Shown here in pieces: positions 31,439 through 41,330 of a DNA stretch of 64,000 nt. This DNA comes from Gammaproteobacteria bacterium (lineage in GTDB: Bacteria > Pseudomonadota > Gammaproteobacteria > SZUA-140): assembly GCA_016712635.1 (NCBI GenBank), contig JADJQS010000008.1:63104-127103 (forward strand), given 5' to 3'. The notes beneath the pieces were generated by a model. That model did no database searches, had not been told where the DNA came from, and worked only from the letters and a program-made list of their open reading frames with translations. Both the position numbers and the translations under genes were made by a program. Position 1 is the stretch's first letter; every line of letters starts with the position of its first letter.

Positions 31439-32560
31439 ATGCTCAACAACTCGCTGAATCAGAAAAAGTCGTATGGGGCATTCGCCAGTGAGTCAAAGTC
31501 GGCTCCGCAAGAAAATCTCCCCTTGAATCCACTTCCCCCTCTGCAAGATCGACATGGACGCACGTTTGACTACGTCCGGATCGCTGTAATCGAGCAGTGT
31601 AATCTGCGCTGCACCTATTGCATGCCTGAAGAAGGTGTGAAGTTTAAAGAAAAAGACATGGTGCTTCGTACCGATGAGATCCTCCGTGTTGTCGAGGTCC
31701 TGGCTCGGATGGGAGTGCGGAAGGTCCGCTATACAGGCGGCGAGCCCACTGTGCGTCCAGATATCGTGGATATCGTTGCAAGGACAGCTAAAACTCCCGG
31801 GGTGAAGGCAGTACATCTAACAACGAACGGATTGTTGTTCCCCAAGTATGCAAGGGATTTGCGCGAAGCCGGGTTATTCGGAGTCAATATCAGCCTTGAT
31901 TCGTTGCAGGCGGATAAGTTCGAATCAATTACGCGTCGATCCGGTCTTGAGAAGGTGCTCGAAAGTATCGATCTTGCAGTTGAGCTGGGATTCCCGAGAG
32001 TAAAGGTCAATGTGGTTCTGATGCGCGGATTTAATGAGGATGAACTTATACCCTTCTGCGAGCTGACCAAAGACCGACCGATCACGGTGCGTTTCATCGA
32101 ATTCATGCCCTTTGACGCCCATCAGATTTGGGAATCCGGCGAGCATTTTGCCAGCGCCGCCGATTTATGCGGTCAGATAGAGAGCTTCTATCAAGGGCAT
32201 GGACTCCAGCCTACGAGCGGCACCCGTACCGAGCACCACATATATCAGGTTCCCGGATATGCCGGGAAGGTCGCGGTTATTCCCGCGTTTACCCGTAGTC
32301 TTTGCGGCAACTGCTCCCGTATCCGCGTTACCGCGGATGGTAGCATCATGAACTGTCTGTATTCAGAAGAGCCTTATCTCCTGAAAGATCTGATACGGAA
32401 CGGCGCCTCTGATGATGATGTGGTTGCCTTGTTCCGTAAGGCATTTGACGAGAAGCATAAAGACGGATTCGAGGCGAAGAAAGCAGCTAGCGTTGCGGCG
32501 AAGATCAATGTATCGGACATTTCGCGTTCACGAGCAAGTATGACGCAAATCGGCGGCTAG
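31439..32560 (+). CDS. moaA: GTP 3',8-cyclase (radical SAM, Moco biosynthesis)
   Basis: Has the CNLRCTYCMP radical-SAM cluster motif, YTGGEPTVRPD, the C-terminal CGNCSRIRVTADG second cluster and a GG end. Confidence 0.95.
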   Translation: MLNNSLNQKKSYGAFASESKSAPQENLPLNPLPPLQDRHGRTFDYVRIAVIEQCNLRCTYCMPEEGVKFKEKDMVLRTDEILRVVEVLARMGVRKVRYTGGEPTVRPDIVDIVARTAKTPGVKAVHLTTNGLLFPKYARDLREAGLFGVNISLDSLQADKFESITRRSGLEKVLESIDLAVELGFPRVKVNVVLMRGFNEDELIPFCELTKDRPITVRFIEFMPFDAHQIWESGEHFASAADLCGQIESFYQGHGLQPTSGTRTEHHIYQVPGYAGKVAVIPAFTRSLCGNCSRIRVTADGSIMNCLYSEEPYLLKDLIRNGASDDDVVALFRKAFDEKHKDGFEAKKAASVAAKINVSDISRSRASMTQIGG

Positions 32561-32617
32561 TTATTACTGGGTATCAGGTACTAGCGTAGAGACAAACACG
32601 AAAGAAGAAGGACGGAT

Positions 32618-33109
32618 ATGAGCTATAACGACCTGACACATTTTAATGCCAGCGGTGAGGCCCACATGGTCGACGTGGGAAGCAAGAGTGTCACGATCAG
32701 GGAGGGTGTTGCCGAGGGCCGTATCTTTATGCAACCTGAAACCTTGAAGAGGATCATGGAAGGCTCGCATAAAAAAGGGGATGTGCTTGGTATCGCCCGC
32801 GTCGCCGGAATCATGGGCGCGAAGAGGACCCCGGATATCATTCCGCTATGTCACCCTATAATGATAACGGCTGTGGACGTTGAGCTTGTTCCAGAACCGG
32901 AGAAAAATGCCGTCTACTGCAAGGCTGTTGTGCGTTGTGGCGGTCAGACCGGGGTGGAAATGGAAACGCTGACCGCAGTCCAGGTCGCACTCTTGACAAT
33001 ATACGACATGTGCAAGGCAGTTGATCGAGGCATGGTGATCTCCGATGTCGGGTTGCTGGAAAAATCAGGGGGCAAATCGGGCCATTGGCGCAGATCCGCC
33101 AACGCCTGA
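32618..33109 (+). CDS. moaC: Cyclic pyranopterin monophosphate synthase
   Basis: 163 aa with LTHF...[42 protein letters not shown] and the IYDMCKA motifs. Confidence 0.95.
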   Translation: MSYNDLTHFNASGEAHMVDVGSKSVTIREGVAEGRIFMQPETLKRIMEGSHKKGDVLGIARVAGIMGAKRTPDIIPLCHPIMITAVDVELVPEPEKNAVYCKAVVRCGGQTGVEMETLTAVQVALLTIYDMCKAVDRGMVISDVGLLEKSGGKSGHWRRSANA

Positions 33110-33150
33110 GTTGGGCTGGATTAACTAGATCGGAAATAGGGGCGTTAATT

Positions 33151-33384
33151 ATGGATCTCAAGGTACGGTATTTCGCTAGCTTGCGTGACCGGATGGGTCG
33201 TTCTGAAGACAAGCTGAATATTGATCAGAACAAGGTGACGGTGGCTGACTTGTGGACACGAGTTTCGAACACGCCGTTGCCCGAGACGATCTTAGTTGCA
33301 GTAAACATGGAATACACGGATGCGACTCATGAACTTAAGAGCGGGGATGAGGTTGCATTTTTCCCGCCCGTGACGGGAGGCTGA
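33151..33384 (+). CDS. moaD: Molybdopterin synthase sulfur-carrier subunit (ubiquitin-like, C-terminal GG)
   Basis: 77 aa from the ATG at 33151. It begins VRYFASLRD and ends GDEVAFFPPVTGG-stop, directly upstream of moaE. Confidence 0.9.
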   Translation: MDLKVRYFASLRDRMGRSEDKLNIDQNKVTVADLWTRVSNTPLPETILVAVNMEYTDATHELKSGDEVAFFPPVTGG

Positions 33385-33387
33385 TGT

Positions 33388-33861
33388 ATGAAAGTCTTTA
33401 TAACCAAAGACGTCTTGGACCCATATAAAGAGATCGTAGACTACGAAACGTCAGCGTTACCCCTAGGCAAGCACGGTGGTGTCGTTTCGTTTGTAGGTAC
33501 GATGCGCGATTTCAACGACGGGCAGGATGTTCGCGCGATGAATCTCGACTACTATCCGGGGATGACAGAGCATCATATCGAGCGCGTCTGTCAGGAAGCG
33601 ATGCATGGGTGGGACATCATGGATTGCCTGGTGGTTCATCGAGTGGGTGAGATGGTTCCAACGGACCCTATCGTCCTGGTCGCTGTATGGTCGGCGCATC
33701 GAAAGGATTCGTTCGATGCGTGTCGCTATATAATCAATTATTTGAAGGAAAGCGCTCCATTTTGGAAGTGTGAAGTGACAACCGCAGGTAAAAAGCACTG
33801 GGTTGAGAAGAACTCTGAAGATCCTGGAGTTGCCAAGCGAGTGGTTCGTAAATCGGCGTGA
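33388..33861 (+). CDS. moaE: Molybdopterin synthase catalytic subunit
   Basis: 157 aa with GAVVSFVGTMRD-like GGVVSFVGTMRDFN, HRVGEM, SAHRKDSF.AC and PFWK motifs. Confidence 0.93.
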   Translation: MKVFITKDVLDPYKEIVDYETSALPLGKHGGVVSFVGTMRDFNDGQDVRAMNLDYYPGMTEHHIERVCQEAMHGWDIMDCLVVHRVGEMVPTDPIVLVAVWSAHRKDSFDACRYIINYLKESAPFWKCEVTTAGKKHWVEKNSEDPGVAKRVVRKSA

Positions 33862-33894
33862 CCGATACCCCTCCCGTTAAACCAGCTTGAATGA

Positions 33895-33923
33895 CTTCGC
33901 CCCCGCGGCAAATGGGGGCGAAG
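33895..33923 (+). terminator. Hairpin after moaE (possible terminator, weak U-tract)
   Basis: CTTCGCCCCC-gcggcaaat-GGGGGCGAAG is a 10-bp GC-rich stem. It is followed by tgcccccctcgttt rather than a clean T run. Confidence 0.4.
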
Positions 33924-33979
33924 TGCCCCCCTCGTTTAAGAATTCCCCCACGTTCCCTATTATCAACAGCAAATTCAGC

Positions 33980-34007
33980 TTGACTGAAGATCTATTGCGA
34001 ATACAAT
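33980..34007 (+). promoter_or_regulatory. Sigma70-type promoter for the nikK-L-M-Q-O-like operon
   Basis: TTGACT (33980-33985), a 16-nt spacer and TACAAT (34002-34007). Repeated TTACAT/ATGTG motifs follow immediately. Confidence 0.5.
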
Positions 34008-34208
34008 ATTACATGTGATCTATAGATAATATAGATTACGATGTGTTATGTTTAAGCTCAATTAAAACATGTGGTTACATTTTTACCGCAGTAATACAAA
34101 CAGGGGCCAGTGCATTCACTTCACCACTTTGACCAGCGCTTTCGGTTAATGCTTGGTCATAAATCGAACAATATTTTCTGCCCAGTACTTCAATAACATT
34201 AAGGAGCA

Positions 34209-35012
34209 ATGCTAATGAAAAATATGTCAATGAAGTTGAGCCTTTTTTTGGGTGGGCTAGTCACGGCGGTGGGATCCATCGGCACAGCATCTGCTCATTT
34301 TCAGATGATTATTCCATCGGATGATATGGTTAAGCAGGATGAGGCTCGTAATCTCGAGCTTGATGTGATGTTCTGGCATCCCTTTGAGGGCCATGGGATG
34401 GATATGGTAAAGCCTGCGCAGTTTGGCGTGCTTACCGGTGGCAAGAAGACAGACCTGCTTGGCAGCCTCAAGACGAGCAAATTCAAGGGGTCGGATGGAG
34501 AATCGCATGACGGTTTCAAGATCACCTATGCACTGAAATCTCCCGGTGATCATACTTTCTACATCGAACCCAAGCCCTACTGGGAGCCTGCCGAAGAAGC
34601 TTTCATCATCCACTACACGAAAGTGGTGGTGAACGCCTTTGGCCTGGAAGAGGGTTGGGGAGATGAGGTGGGGTTGAAGACTGAAATTGTGCCATTGACA
34701 CGTCCCTACGGCATCTATGCAGGCAATGTCTTTCAGGGTGTCGTCAATATCAACGGGAAGCCCGCTCCTTTCACTGAAGTCGAAGTTGAATACTACAACA
34801 AGGATGGAAAACTTAAGGCTGAAGCGGATCCTATGATAACTCAGGTCGTCAAGGCCGATGCCAACGGCGTCTTTACCTATGCGATGCCCAGATCTGGCTG
34901 GTGGGGTTTTGCCGCGCTGAATGAGGATGAGAACACCATGAAACATGACGGTAAGGACTATCCGATTGAGATCGGGGCCGTACTATGGGTTCGCGCCCAC
35001 GACATGAAGTAG
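34209..35012 (+). CDS. Periplasmic DUF4198 / NikK(CbiK)-like accessory component of a Ni/Co ECF-type importer
   Basis: Signal peptide ending ASA followed by HFQMIIPS. The beta-rich mature domain resembles COG5266-type periplasmic Co/Ni transport components. It is the first gene of the transporter operon. An alternative ATG lies at 34215. Confidence 0.7.
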   Translation: MLMKNMSMKLSLFLGGLVTAVGSIGTASAHFQMIIPSDDMVKQDEARNLELDVMFWHPFEGHGMDMVKPAQFGVLTGGKKTDLLGSLKTSKFKGSDGESHDGFKITYALKSPGDHTFYIEPKPYWEPAEEAFIIHYTKVVVNAFGLEEGWGDEVGLKTEIVPLTRPYGIYAGNVFQGVVNINGKPAPFTEVEVEYYNKDGKLKAEADPMITQVVKADANGVFTYAMPRSGWWGFAALNEDENTMKHDGKDYPIEIGAVLWVRAHDMK

Positions 35013-35051
35013 GTTTTATGTAATAATTCTCATATATCGTATGAGGTTCTC

Positions 35052-35789
35052 ATGTCTACTTTCACCGATCCGATGAAAGGAGCAGGAGTTGAGGACGCGC
35101 CCCGGCAACGGGGCGCGTCTTTCAGTTCATTTGAACTCCGCTTCTTACTGCTGTTGTCAGGGATTCTAATCCTGAGTCTTGCCTCCAGTCATGCCTATGC
35201 GCATAAGGTAAACATGTTTGCCTATGTCGAGGGCAACAAGGTCATGATGGAAGGGTATTTTGCCGATGGCAACAAACCGATGAACTGCGATGTCATCGTT
35301 ACCGATCCTGACAAGAACGTTCTGGTCAAGGGTTTGACGGATCGCGACGGGAAGTTTTCATTCGATATTCCGAAGATCACGGATCTCCGTATTGTTCTCA
35401 ACGCCGGAATGGGTCATCGTGCGGAATTCCTCATTTCGCGCGATGAACTGAGCGGGGTCAGCCCGGCTGCTGCATCTGATACAGGGACGAAGATTTTGGA
35501 GAGTCACGAGGTGACACCCAGCATGGGTGAGGCTACGGAGGAGGAGGCCGCCCAGTCATCGCCCGGATCCGAGAGCGCCAGCGAGGCAATGGTTCGCAAG
35601 GCGGTCGCGGAGGCCAATCTGCCCCTGATGCGTGCTATCGAAGAACTGAAGGAACGAGCGGGACTCGAGAACATCGTCGGTGGCATAGGGTTTATCTTTG
35701 GCATTGTTGGGATATTGTTTTACGTCAAGGCGCGCAAGATGCTGGATGTGGCTGGCTCCCGGCCTTCGTCTTCGGCTGCAGTAAAGTAA
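35052..35789 (+). CDS. NikL-like bitopic membrane component (carboxypeptidase-regulatory-like fold between two TM segments)
   Basis: N-terminal TM/signal-anchor segment, then HKVNMFAYVEGNKV...VTDPDKNVLVKGLTDRDGKFSF (Ig-like/CarboxypepD_reg-like), an acidic linker and a C-terminal TM segment (IVGGIGFIFGIVGILFYV). Its position between the nikK-like and nikM-like genes supports the call. Confidence 0.55.
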   Translation: MSTFTDPMKGAGVEDAPRQRGASFSSFELRFLLLLSGILILSLASSHAYAHKVNMFAYVEGNKVMMEGYFADGNKPMNCDVIVTDPDKNVLVKGLTDRDGKFSFDIPKITDLRIVLNAGMGHRAEFLISRDELSGVSPAAASDTGTKILESHEVTPSMGEATEEEAAQSSPGSESASEAMVRKAVAEANLPLMRAIEELKERAGLENIVGGIGFIFGIVGILFYVKARKMLDVAGSRPSSSAAVK

Positions 35790-35862
35790 ATTTTTCTCCA
35801 TTTCACATTGGGGTTGCCGATAGACTCAGAATCAACCTTCACCACGGCTCTGGCAGGATCCT

Positions 35863-36507
35863 ATGCATATATCTGAAGGCGTATTGAGCGCCCCGGTGTT
35901 GATCACCGGGATTGTCGGCACCGCTGTACTTGCCGCAGCCACCATGCGCAAGATGGATCTGGAGGAAATCCCCAAGGTTTCCGTTATTACCTCTGTGTTC
36001 TTCGTTTCCTCTCTGATTCACGTTCCCATCGGTGTAACCAGCGTGCATTTGATCCTGAATGGATTGGTGGGTGTAATCCTGGGATGGCGGGCCTTTCCTG
36101 CGGTATTGGTCGGGTTGGTGTTACAGGCGATCCTGTTCGGGCATGGCGGAGTTACCGTCATTGGCGTGAATAGCCTGATGATGGGCGGAGGAGCGTTGAT
36201 TGCCTATATCGTATGGAAACAACGTTATCACTTTTCGTTCAAGCGCAGGGAATTCATCTTCGGGGCGCTGGCCGGGGCCACCGGAGTCGGGATCTCCGGT
36301 ATCGTCCTCGCCGTGGCGCTGGCAACCACCGGCGAAGCATTCCATGCGGTGGCGGGCGCGGTGCTGTTAGCCCATATCCCGATCATCATCATCGAGGCGG
36401 GAGTCGTGGGCGCCTGTGCCGAGTTCTTGAGCCGTGTCAAACCCGAGATTTTGGGCGGTCAACGGTTAGCGCCGAGTACCACGGCTGGATCGGATGCGGC
36501 GGTCTGA
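35863..36507 (+). CDS. CbiM/NikM substrate-capture (S) component of a Ni/Co ECF transporter
   Basis: Begins MHISEGVL, the conserved Met-His N-terminus that ligates the metal. The 214-aa polytopic membrane protein is followed by Q and O components. No NikN/CbiN gene is present. Confidence 0.88.
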   Translation: MHISEGVLSAPVLITGIVGTAVLAAATMRKMDLEEIPKVSVITSVFFVSSLIHVPIGVTSVHLILNGLVGVILGWRAFPAVLVGLVLQAILFGHGGVTVIGVNSLMMGGGALIAYIVWKQRYHFSFKRREFIFGALAGATGVGISGIVLAVALATTGEAFHAVAGAVLLAHIPIIIIEAGVVGACAEFLSRVKPEILGGQRLAPSTTAGSDAAV

Positions 36508-36550
36508 AGAATCCGATCTATCCATATCCTGATTTTTCTCCGGGGACCAC

Positions 36551-37339
36551 ATGGCCTTAGATATCGATCGATACTCCAATATTGATTCATCGATCAGTCG
36601 CTGGGACCCACGCTTCAAGATTTTTGCCCTAGGGATATTGATAATTTCCATCGCACTTTTCAAGACCATCCCCATGGCCCTTGCAGCACTGGTTATCGCC
36701 ACGATGATCATCGGGATGAGCGCCCTGCCGCTGCATTTTATTTCCCATGGCCTGTCATTCATTCTCATTTTTCTCGTCCCGTTCTTTTTCATCATGCCCT
36801 TCAGCTATCCTGGTGAGGCTGCGTTCCACATCATGGGTCTTCCATTCGCCTGGGAGGGCTTGAGATATGCGACGCTGATCTTCACGAAAGCCTTGGCGAT
36901 AGTTCTCATATCGTTCACCATCTTCGGATCGAGCCGATTCGATGTTTCAATGATCGCGCTGCAAAAGCTGAAATGCCCCAAGATCTTCGTTCAGATGCTG
37001 CTGTTCACGTACCGTTATACCTATGTCTTTTTGGATGAGATGCACCGAATGCATACCTCAATGCATTCCCGCGGGTTTGTCGCAGGCCCCAATGCGCAGA
37101 CTTTGCGGATTTACGGGAATTTCATCGGGACCTTGCTGGTGCGCAGCTTTGAGCGTACGGACCGAGTGTATAAGGCTATGTTGTCCAAAGGCTATCAGGG
37201 TGAATTGCACTCCATGGTCAAGTTCCACTCCTCTTTCCAGGACATTTTCAAGGGATTGATTGTGGTAGGATTGTCTATGGCCTTGCTGTTGTCGGATTAC
37301 GCTGGAATCTACAAGGTCGCTGAACGGGGCTGGTATTAG
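36551..37339 (+). CDS. CbiQ/NikQ transmembrane (T) component
   Basis: 262-aa polytopic protein with the C-terminal coupling-helix region (MHSRGF...R..G.F.G.LLVRSFERTDRVY.AM.SKGY) typical of EcfT/CbiQ. Confidence 0.85.
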   Translation: MALDIDRYSNIDSSISRWDPRFKIFALGILIISIALFKTIPMALAALVIATMIIGMSALPLHFISHGLSFILIFLVPFFFIMPFSYPGEAAFHIMGLPFAWEGLRYATLIFTKALAIVLISFTIFGSSRFDVSMIALQKLKCPKIFVQMLLFTYRYTYVFLDEMHRMHTSMHSRGFVAGPNAQTLRIYGNFIGTLLVRSFERTDRVYKAMLSKGYQGELHSMVKFHSSFQDIFKGLIVVGLSMALLLSDYAGIYKVAERGWY

Positions 37340-37376
37340 AATAACAAGCTCATCCCTTTGATTTTGTGAGGATAGG

Positions 37377-38489
37377 ATGACAGAACGCGTCCTTATTGAA
37401 GCCGATAACGTACATTTTTCCTACCCGGATGGGCATAAGGTCCTGAAAGGCATTTCCTTTCGGATCAGAAAGGGCGAGAAGGTCGCTTTGATCGGTCCGA
37501 ATGGCGCGGGAAAGTCCACCCTGATGAGCCATCTGAACGGGGTGCAATTGGCTAGTTCAGGCCGTATCGTCATCGACAGACTGACGGTTAGCAAGGACAA
37601 TCTAAAAGAAATCCGCCGCAAGATCGGGATCGTGTTTCAGGATCCCGATGACCAGCTCTTTTGCCCGACGGTATTCGATGACGTCGCCTTCGGTCCCTTG
37701 AATCTCGGCTTACCGGAACACGAGATTACCTTGCGTGTCCAGGAGGCATTATCCGTGGTGGGCCTGGAAGGATTTGAGCAGCGTTCCTCATTTCATCTGT
37801 CTTTCGGAGAGCGCAAACGACTTGCTCTGGCAACGGTATTATCCTATCAGCCCGAGATTCTTGTTTTCGATGAGCCATCGACCAATATGGATCCGATGAA
37901 TCGAAGGAATCTTATAAATTGGCTCAAGAATACGGATAAGACTCTGCTGTTGTGTACTCATGATCTCGATATTGCTCTTGAAGTATGCAGTCGCTGCCTG
38001 TTACTCACGGATGGTCGCATTGAGAGCGATGGCCTGACTCAGGAGATCCTCTATGATCGGGCCCTGCTCGAGAAAAACAAACTCGAGATGCCTCTCGCGC
38101 TCATGACCCATGAGCTTCTGCATGATATTTTGGCCGAACAAGAGATGGACGAGGAGCACCGCACTATTATTGGAAAATTCCTCCACGCACACCGCCACGC
38201 TCATGGAACGGAAGCTCATATTCACGTGCACCTGCATGCACATGATCATATGCATGAACATTTGCATGAGAAGGTTGATGAGTCGCACTTCCATGAATTG
38301 GACGAGCATCAACACGAGGTGCCCCATGACCATGCGGCGGCGCCTCATTCGCATGGTGGCGAGGAGCCTCATCACCATACACATGGCCATGGGCACGACC
38401 ATGATCACGGACATGGCCACGACCATGGACATGGGCACGACCATACCCATGGCCATAGTGAGCCCGTCGGTACTGGTCATAAACCATGA
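37377..38489 (+). CDS. CbiO/NikO ABC ATPase with a ~125-aa histidine-rich C-terminal extension
   Basis: Walker A GPNGAGKST, Q-loop, signature LSFGERKR, Walker B ILVFDEPS and H-loop CTHD. From about residue 245 onward there is a tail with 38 His in residues 261-360 (hand count). Confidence 0.9.
   Translation: MTERVLIEADNVHFSYPDGHKVLKGISFRIRKGEKVALIGPNGAGKSTLMSHLNGVQLASSGRIVIDRLTVSKDNLKEIRRKIGIVFQDPDDQLFCPTVFDDVAFGPLNLGLPEHEITLRVQEALSVVGLEGFEQRSSFHLSFGERKRLALATVLSYQPEILVFDEPSTNMDPMNRRNLINWLKNTDKTLLLCTHDLDIALEVCSRCLLLTDGRIESDGLTQEILYDRALLEKNKLEMPLALMTHELLHDILAEQEMDEEHRTIIGKFLHAHRHAHGTEAHIHVHLHAHDHMHEHLHEKVDESHFHELDEHQHEVPHDHAAAPHSHGGEEPHHHTHGHGHDHDHGHGHDHGHGHDHTHGHSEPVGTGHKP
38370..38456 (+). 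repeat. In-frame His-Gly / His-Asp dipeptide codon repeat inside the ATPase tail
   Basis: Encodes HHHTHGHGHDHDHGHGHDHGHGHDHTHGH. The DNA is a degenerate repeat of cat/cac with ggc/gga/ggg/gac/gat. Confidence 0.9.
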
Positions 38490-38547
38490 TGTACCGCTGA
38501 TTAAGTACCAATGGGAACATTCCGGTTAGGTGGCTTGTGTTGCTTGC

Positions 38548-41043
38548 TCAGTAGCTTGTTAATGCAGGTCTAAATGTGCGTAATCTCAGGCTATTGCCCA
38601 ATACAAGAAGGCTAGACAGGCTCATTGCAGCGGCTGCCAGCATTGGGTTGAGAAGCTGCCCTACGAGAGGGAACAACACTCCTGCAGCAACCGGTATAAG
38701 TGCCACATTATAGGCATAGGCCCAGAACAGGTTTAGACGAATAGTGCGCAGAGTCCTTCTTGAGAGCGAAACCGCATTGGCTATGGCTCGCGGGTCTCCG
38801 TTCATCAAGATGACATCACCGGCCTCGATTGCGACATCAGCGCCAGTCCCTATCGCGATACTCACATCTGCCTGCGCAAGCGCTGGCGAGTCGTTAATGC
38901 CATCGCCAACAAATGCAACGCGACGCCCGTCAGATTGCAGCCTCTTCACTTCCAGGGCCTTCTGATCCGGAGGGACTCCGGCCAAGATCCTTTTTATTCC
39001 GACACTTCGCCCGATAGCCTCTGCTGCACGCTTGTTATCGCCCGTGATCATGGCAGTTTGAATGCCTAAGGCATGAATGGATGCCACGGCTTGAATGCTG
39101 CCAGCTTTCAGGGAGTCGGCGACCGCCATTGCACCGGAAAACCGACCATCTATTGCAACAAATAACGGCGTTTTCCCCTGCGCGGTCCATTCATGAATCG
39201 TCTGTGCCGCCGAGTCATACGGTACGCCAATCGAATCCATATAGCGATCTGCGCCTATCTGGATGGTTTTTCCTGCTGCAATTGCCTCAATACCATAGCC
39301 TGGTCTGGCACTGAATGAATCAGGGGATGGGTACATAATTCCGCGATTCTTTGCTGCGGTAATCACGGCGTGCGCAAGCGGGTGCTCGCTGAGGGACTCC
39401 GCCGAGGCCGTGAGCATAAGGAGGGTTTTCTCGTCGGTGCTGATGGAGAGGATGTCGGTTAATTCGGGCCGGCCCTTGGTGAGTGTTCCGGTTTTATCGA
39501 GGAGGATGATGTCTATGTTTGCGAGGGCCTCCATCGCGGCTCCTTTGCGAAAGAGAACGCCCAGTTCCGCTGCTTTTCCAGTACCAACCATGATCGCTGT
39601 TGGTGTGGCCAGCCCCATCGCACAGGGGCATGCGATAAGTAGCACGCTTACTGCAGAGACAAATGCGTAGTTCAGTGAAGGAGCCGGGCCGATAGTGAGC
39701 CATATGGCAAACACAGCTGCGGATATGACGAGTACCGTCGGAACGAAAATGCCGGCGATCCTGTCCGACAGTTGCTGGATTGGCGGCTTGGAGGACTGCG
39801 CTTGTTCGACCATTTTGATAATTCTGGCAAGGGTGGTTTCTGAGCCCACACGAGTTGCCCTGAATGTGAATGCACCAGTCTTGTTGAAGGTGCCACCGGT
39901 TACTTCGCTCCCGACACTCTTCTCGGTCGGCATTGATTCGCCCGTGATCATTGACTCGTCGACGTAACTCCATCCTGTTTCTATAATGCCGTCCACCGGG
40001 ATACGTTCGCCTGGCCGAATGAGGATGTGATCTCCGCGATTTACTACATCGACATCCACTTCCACTTGTCGGCCATCGCGCATTATCCGGGCTTTCTTGC
40101 TTTGGAGTTGCGCCAGTTTCTTAATCGCCTCGGAGGTCTTGCCTTTAGCCTTGGTTTCCATCAAACGGCCGAGCAGGACCAGCGTAACAATGACTGCGGA
40201 GGCCTCAAAGTACAGGTGGCGGGTGCCTGATGGAAATAGAGATGGCGCCAGCAATACCAAGGTGGAATAGATCCACGCCGACGAGGCGCCCAGCATGACC
40301 AGAGAATTCATACCAGGGCTGGCATGCTTCAATTCTCCCCACCCCTGACGATAGAATCTCCGACCTGCGAGAAACTGAACTATGGTCGCGAAGAACAATT
40401 GAAGCCAATCGGACACTCCGCCGTTTGCTCCGCTAAGATGCATCGATATACCGCGTTCCGGAATCAACATGGATCCCATGGCGATAACAGCCAATGGAAC
40501 TGTGAAGGTTACGGCAACCAGGAAATCTCTTTTTAATGCAGCGACTTCATCTTCGCGCAGGCTGTCCCTCATATCCTTGCGGCCCGCTGTCGGATCGCTA
40601 TCGTGCAGATGATAGCCAGCGGCGACAATCGCGTTTCGCAGGCTGGCTTCATTGATCATCTCTGGAACGTATCGAATGCTGGTCTCGCCGGTTGCGAGGT
40701 TGGCGGTCGCAGAAACTACGCCGGGAAGCGAGGTCAGGGTCGATTCAATTCGCCTCACACAGGAGGCGCAAGTCATATCAGTGATTAATAGAACCGCTTG
40801 CTCCGTTATTGGGGAATAACCCGCATCGGCGATGGCTTCGATGATATCTGTCAGATGAATTGTTGTATTCGGGGTGATAGATACTTTTTCCGTGGCCAGG
40901 TTTACGCTGGCTTCAGAAACGCCGGGCTGCTTCTTTAGGAGACCTTCGACACGGGTAACGCAAGAAGCACATGTCATGCCTCTCACGCCGAGAACTATTT
41001 CGAGATCCTTATTCGATGTGTTCATTTGATTGAATGAGATCAA
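38548..41043 (-). CDS. copA: Cu(I)-translocating P1B-type ATPase
   Basis: Two N-terminal HMA domains (GMTCASCV and DMTCASCV), TGES, CPC in TM6 ([11 protein letters not shown]), [17 protein letters not shown]7 YN ([10 protein letters not shown]) and TM8 M..SS (MSLSSL). The ORF opens at a TTG at 41043 overlapping the csoR stop; an ATG at 41025 is the alternative. Confidence 0.93.
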   Translation of the reverse strand: MISFNQMNTSNKDLEIVLGVRGMTCASCVTRVEGLLKKQPGVSEASVNLATEKVSITPNTTIHLTDIIEAIADAGYSPITEQAVLLITDMTCASCVRRIESTLTSLPGVVSATANLATGETSIRYVPEMINEASLRNAIVAAGYHLHDSDPTAGRKDMRDSLREDEVAALKRDFLVAVTFTVPLAVIAMGSMLIPERGISMHLSGANGGVSDWLQLFFATIVQFLAGRRFYRQGWGELKHASPGMNSLVMLGASSAWIYSTLVLLAPSLFPSGTRHLYFEASAVIVTLVLLGRLMETKAKGKTSEAIKKLAQLQSKKARIMRDGRQVEVDVDVVNRGDHILIRPGERIPVDGIIETGWSYVDESMITGESMPTEKSVGSEVTGGTFNKTGAFTFRATRVGSETTLARIIKMVEQAQSSKPPIQQLSDRIAGIFVPTVLVISAAVFAIWLTIGPAPSLNYAFVSAVSVLLIACPCAMGLATPTAIMVGTGKAAELGVLFRKGAAMEALANIDIILLDKTGTLTKGRPELTDILSISTDEKTLLMLTASAESLSEHPLAHAVITAAKNRGIMYPSPDSFSARPGYGIEAIAAGKTIQIGADRYMDSIGVPYDSAAQTIHEWTAQGKTPLFVAIDGRFSGAMAVADSLKAGSIQAVASIHALGIQTAMITGDNKRAAEAIGRSVGIKRILAGVPPDQKALEVKRLQSDGRRVAFVGDGINDSPALAQADVSIAIGTGADVAIEAGDVILMNGDPRAIANAVSLSRRTLRTIRLNLFWAYAYNVALIPVAAGVLFPLVGQLLNPMLAAAAMSLSSLLVLGNSLRLRTFRPALTSY

Positions 41044-41330
41044 CGGTATTTAAGGATCTCCATGAGCTCTTCGATAATCTCATTGGTATCTCCTCGCTTA
41101 TTCGCGGTTACCACATGATCATGCAGATGGCTGCGCAAAATCATATCGCCGATCTTGGTCATTGCACCGTCAACCGCCTTAATCTGCTTGAGCACATCAA
41201 CGCAATAAACAGAATCAGACTCCAGCATTCGTATGATTCCCTCAACGTGACCCTTGACGGAACGCAGACGAGACATTGTTTCTGTCCGGACAACCGGGTT
41301 CAGCTGCAAGTTCTGGTGTAGATCGGACAT
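41040..41330 (-). CDS. csoR: CsoR/RcnR-family (DUF156) metal-sensing repressor
   Basis: About 96 aa with [29 protein letters not shown] and LRSHLHDHV. It lies between copZ and copA with overlapping stop/start codons on both sides. Confidence 0.85.
   Translation of the reverse strand: MSDLHQNLQLNPVVRTETMSRLRSVKGHVEGIIRMLESDSVYCVDVLKQIKAVDGAMTKIGDMILRSHLHDHVVTANKRGDTNEIIEELMEILKYR

Noticed and set aside
34081-34208. Possible cobalamin riboswitch in front of the cbiM/nikM-type operon.
   Set aside because: I could not find a B12-box-like element or the characteristic multi-helix junction. Only a GCCAGTG string is present, in the wrong orientation or context.
38001-38529. ORFs 38001-38480 (-), 38167-38520 (-) and 38110-38529 (+), rich in Met/His/Val or Met/Thr.
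   Set aside because: They are alternative-frame or antisense readings of the His-codon repeat in the ATPase tail. The ATPase frame is continuous with a bona fide ABC domain.
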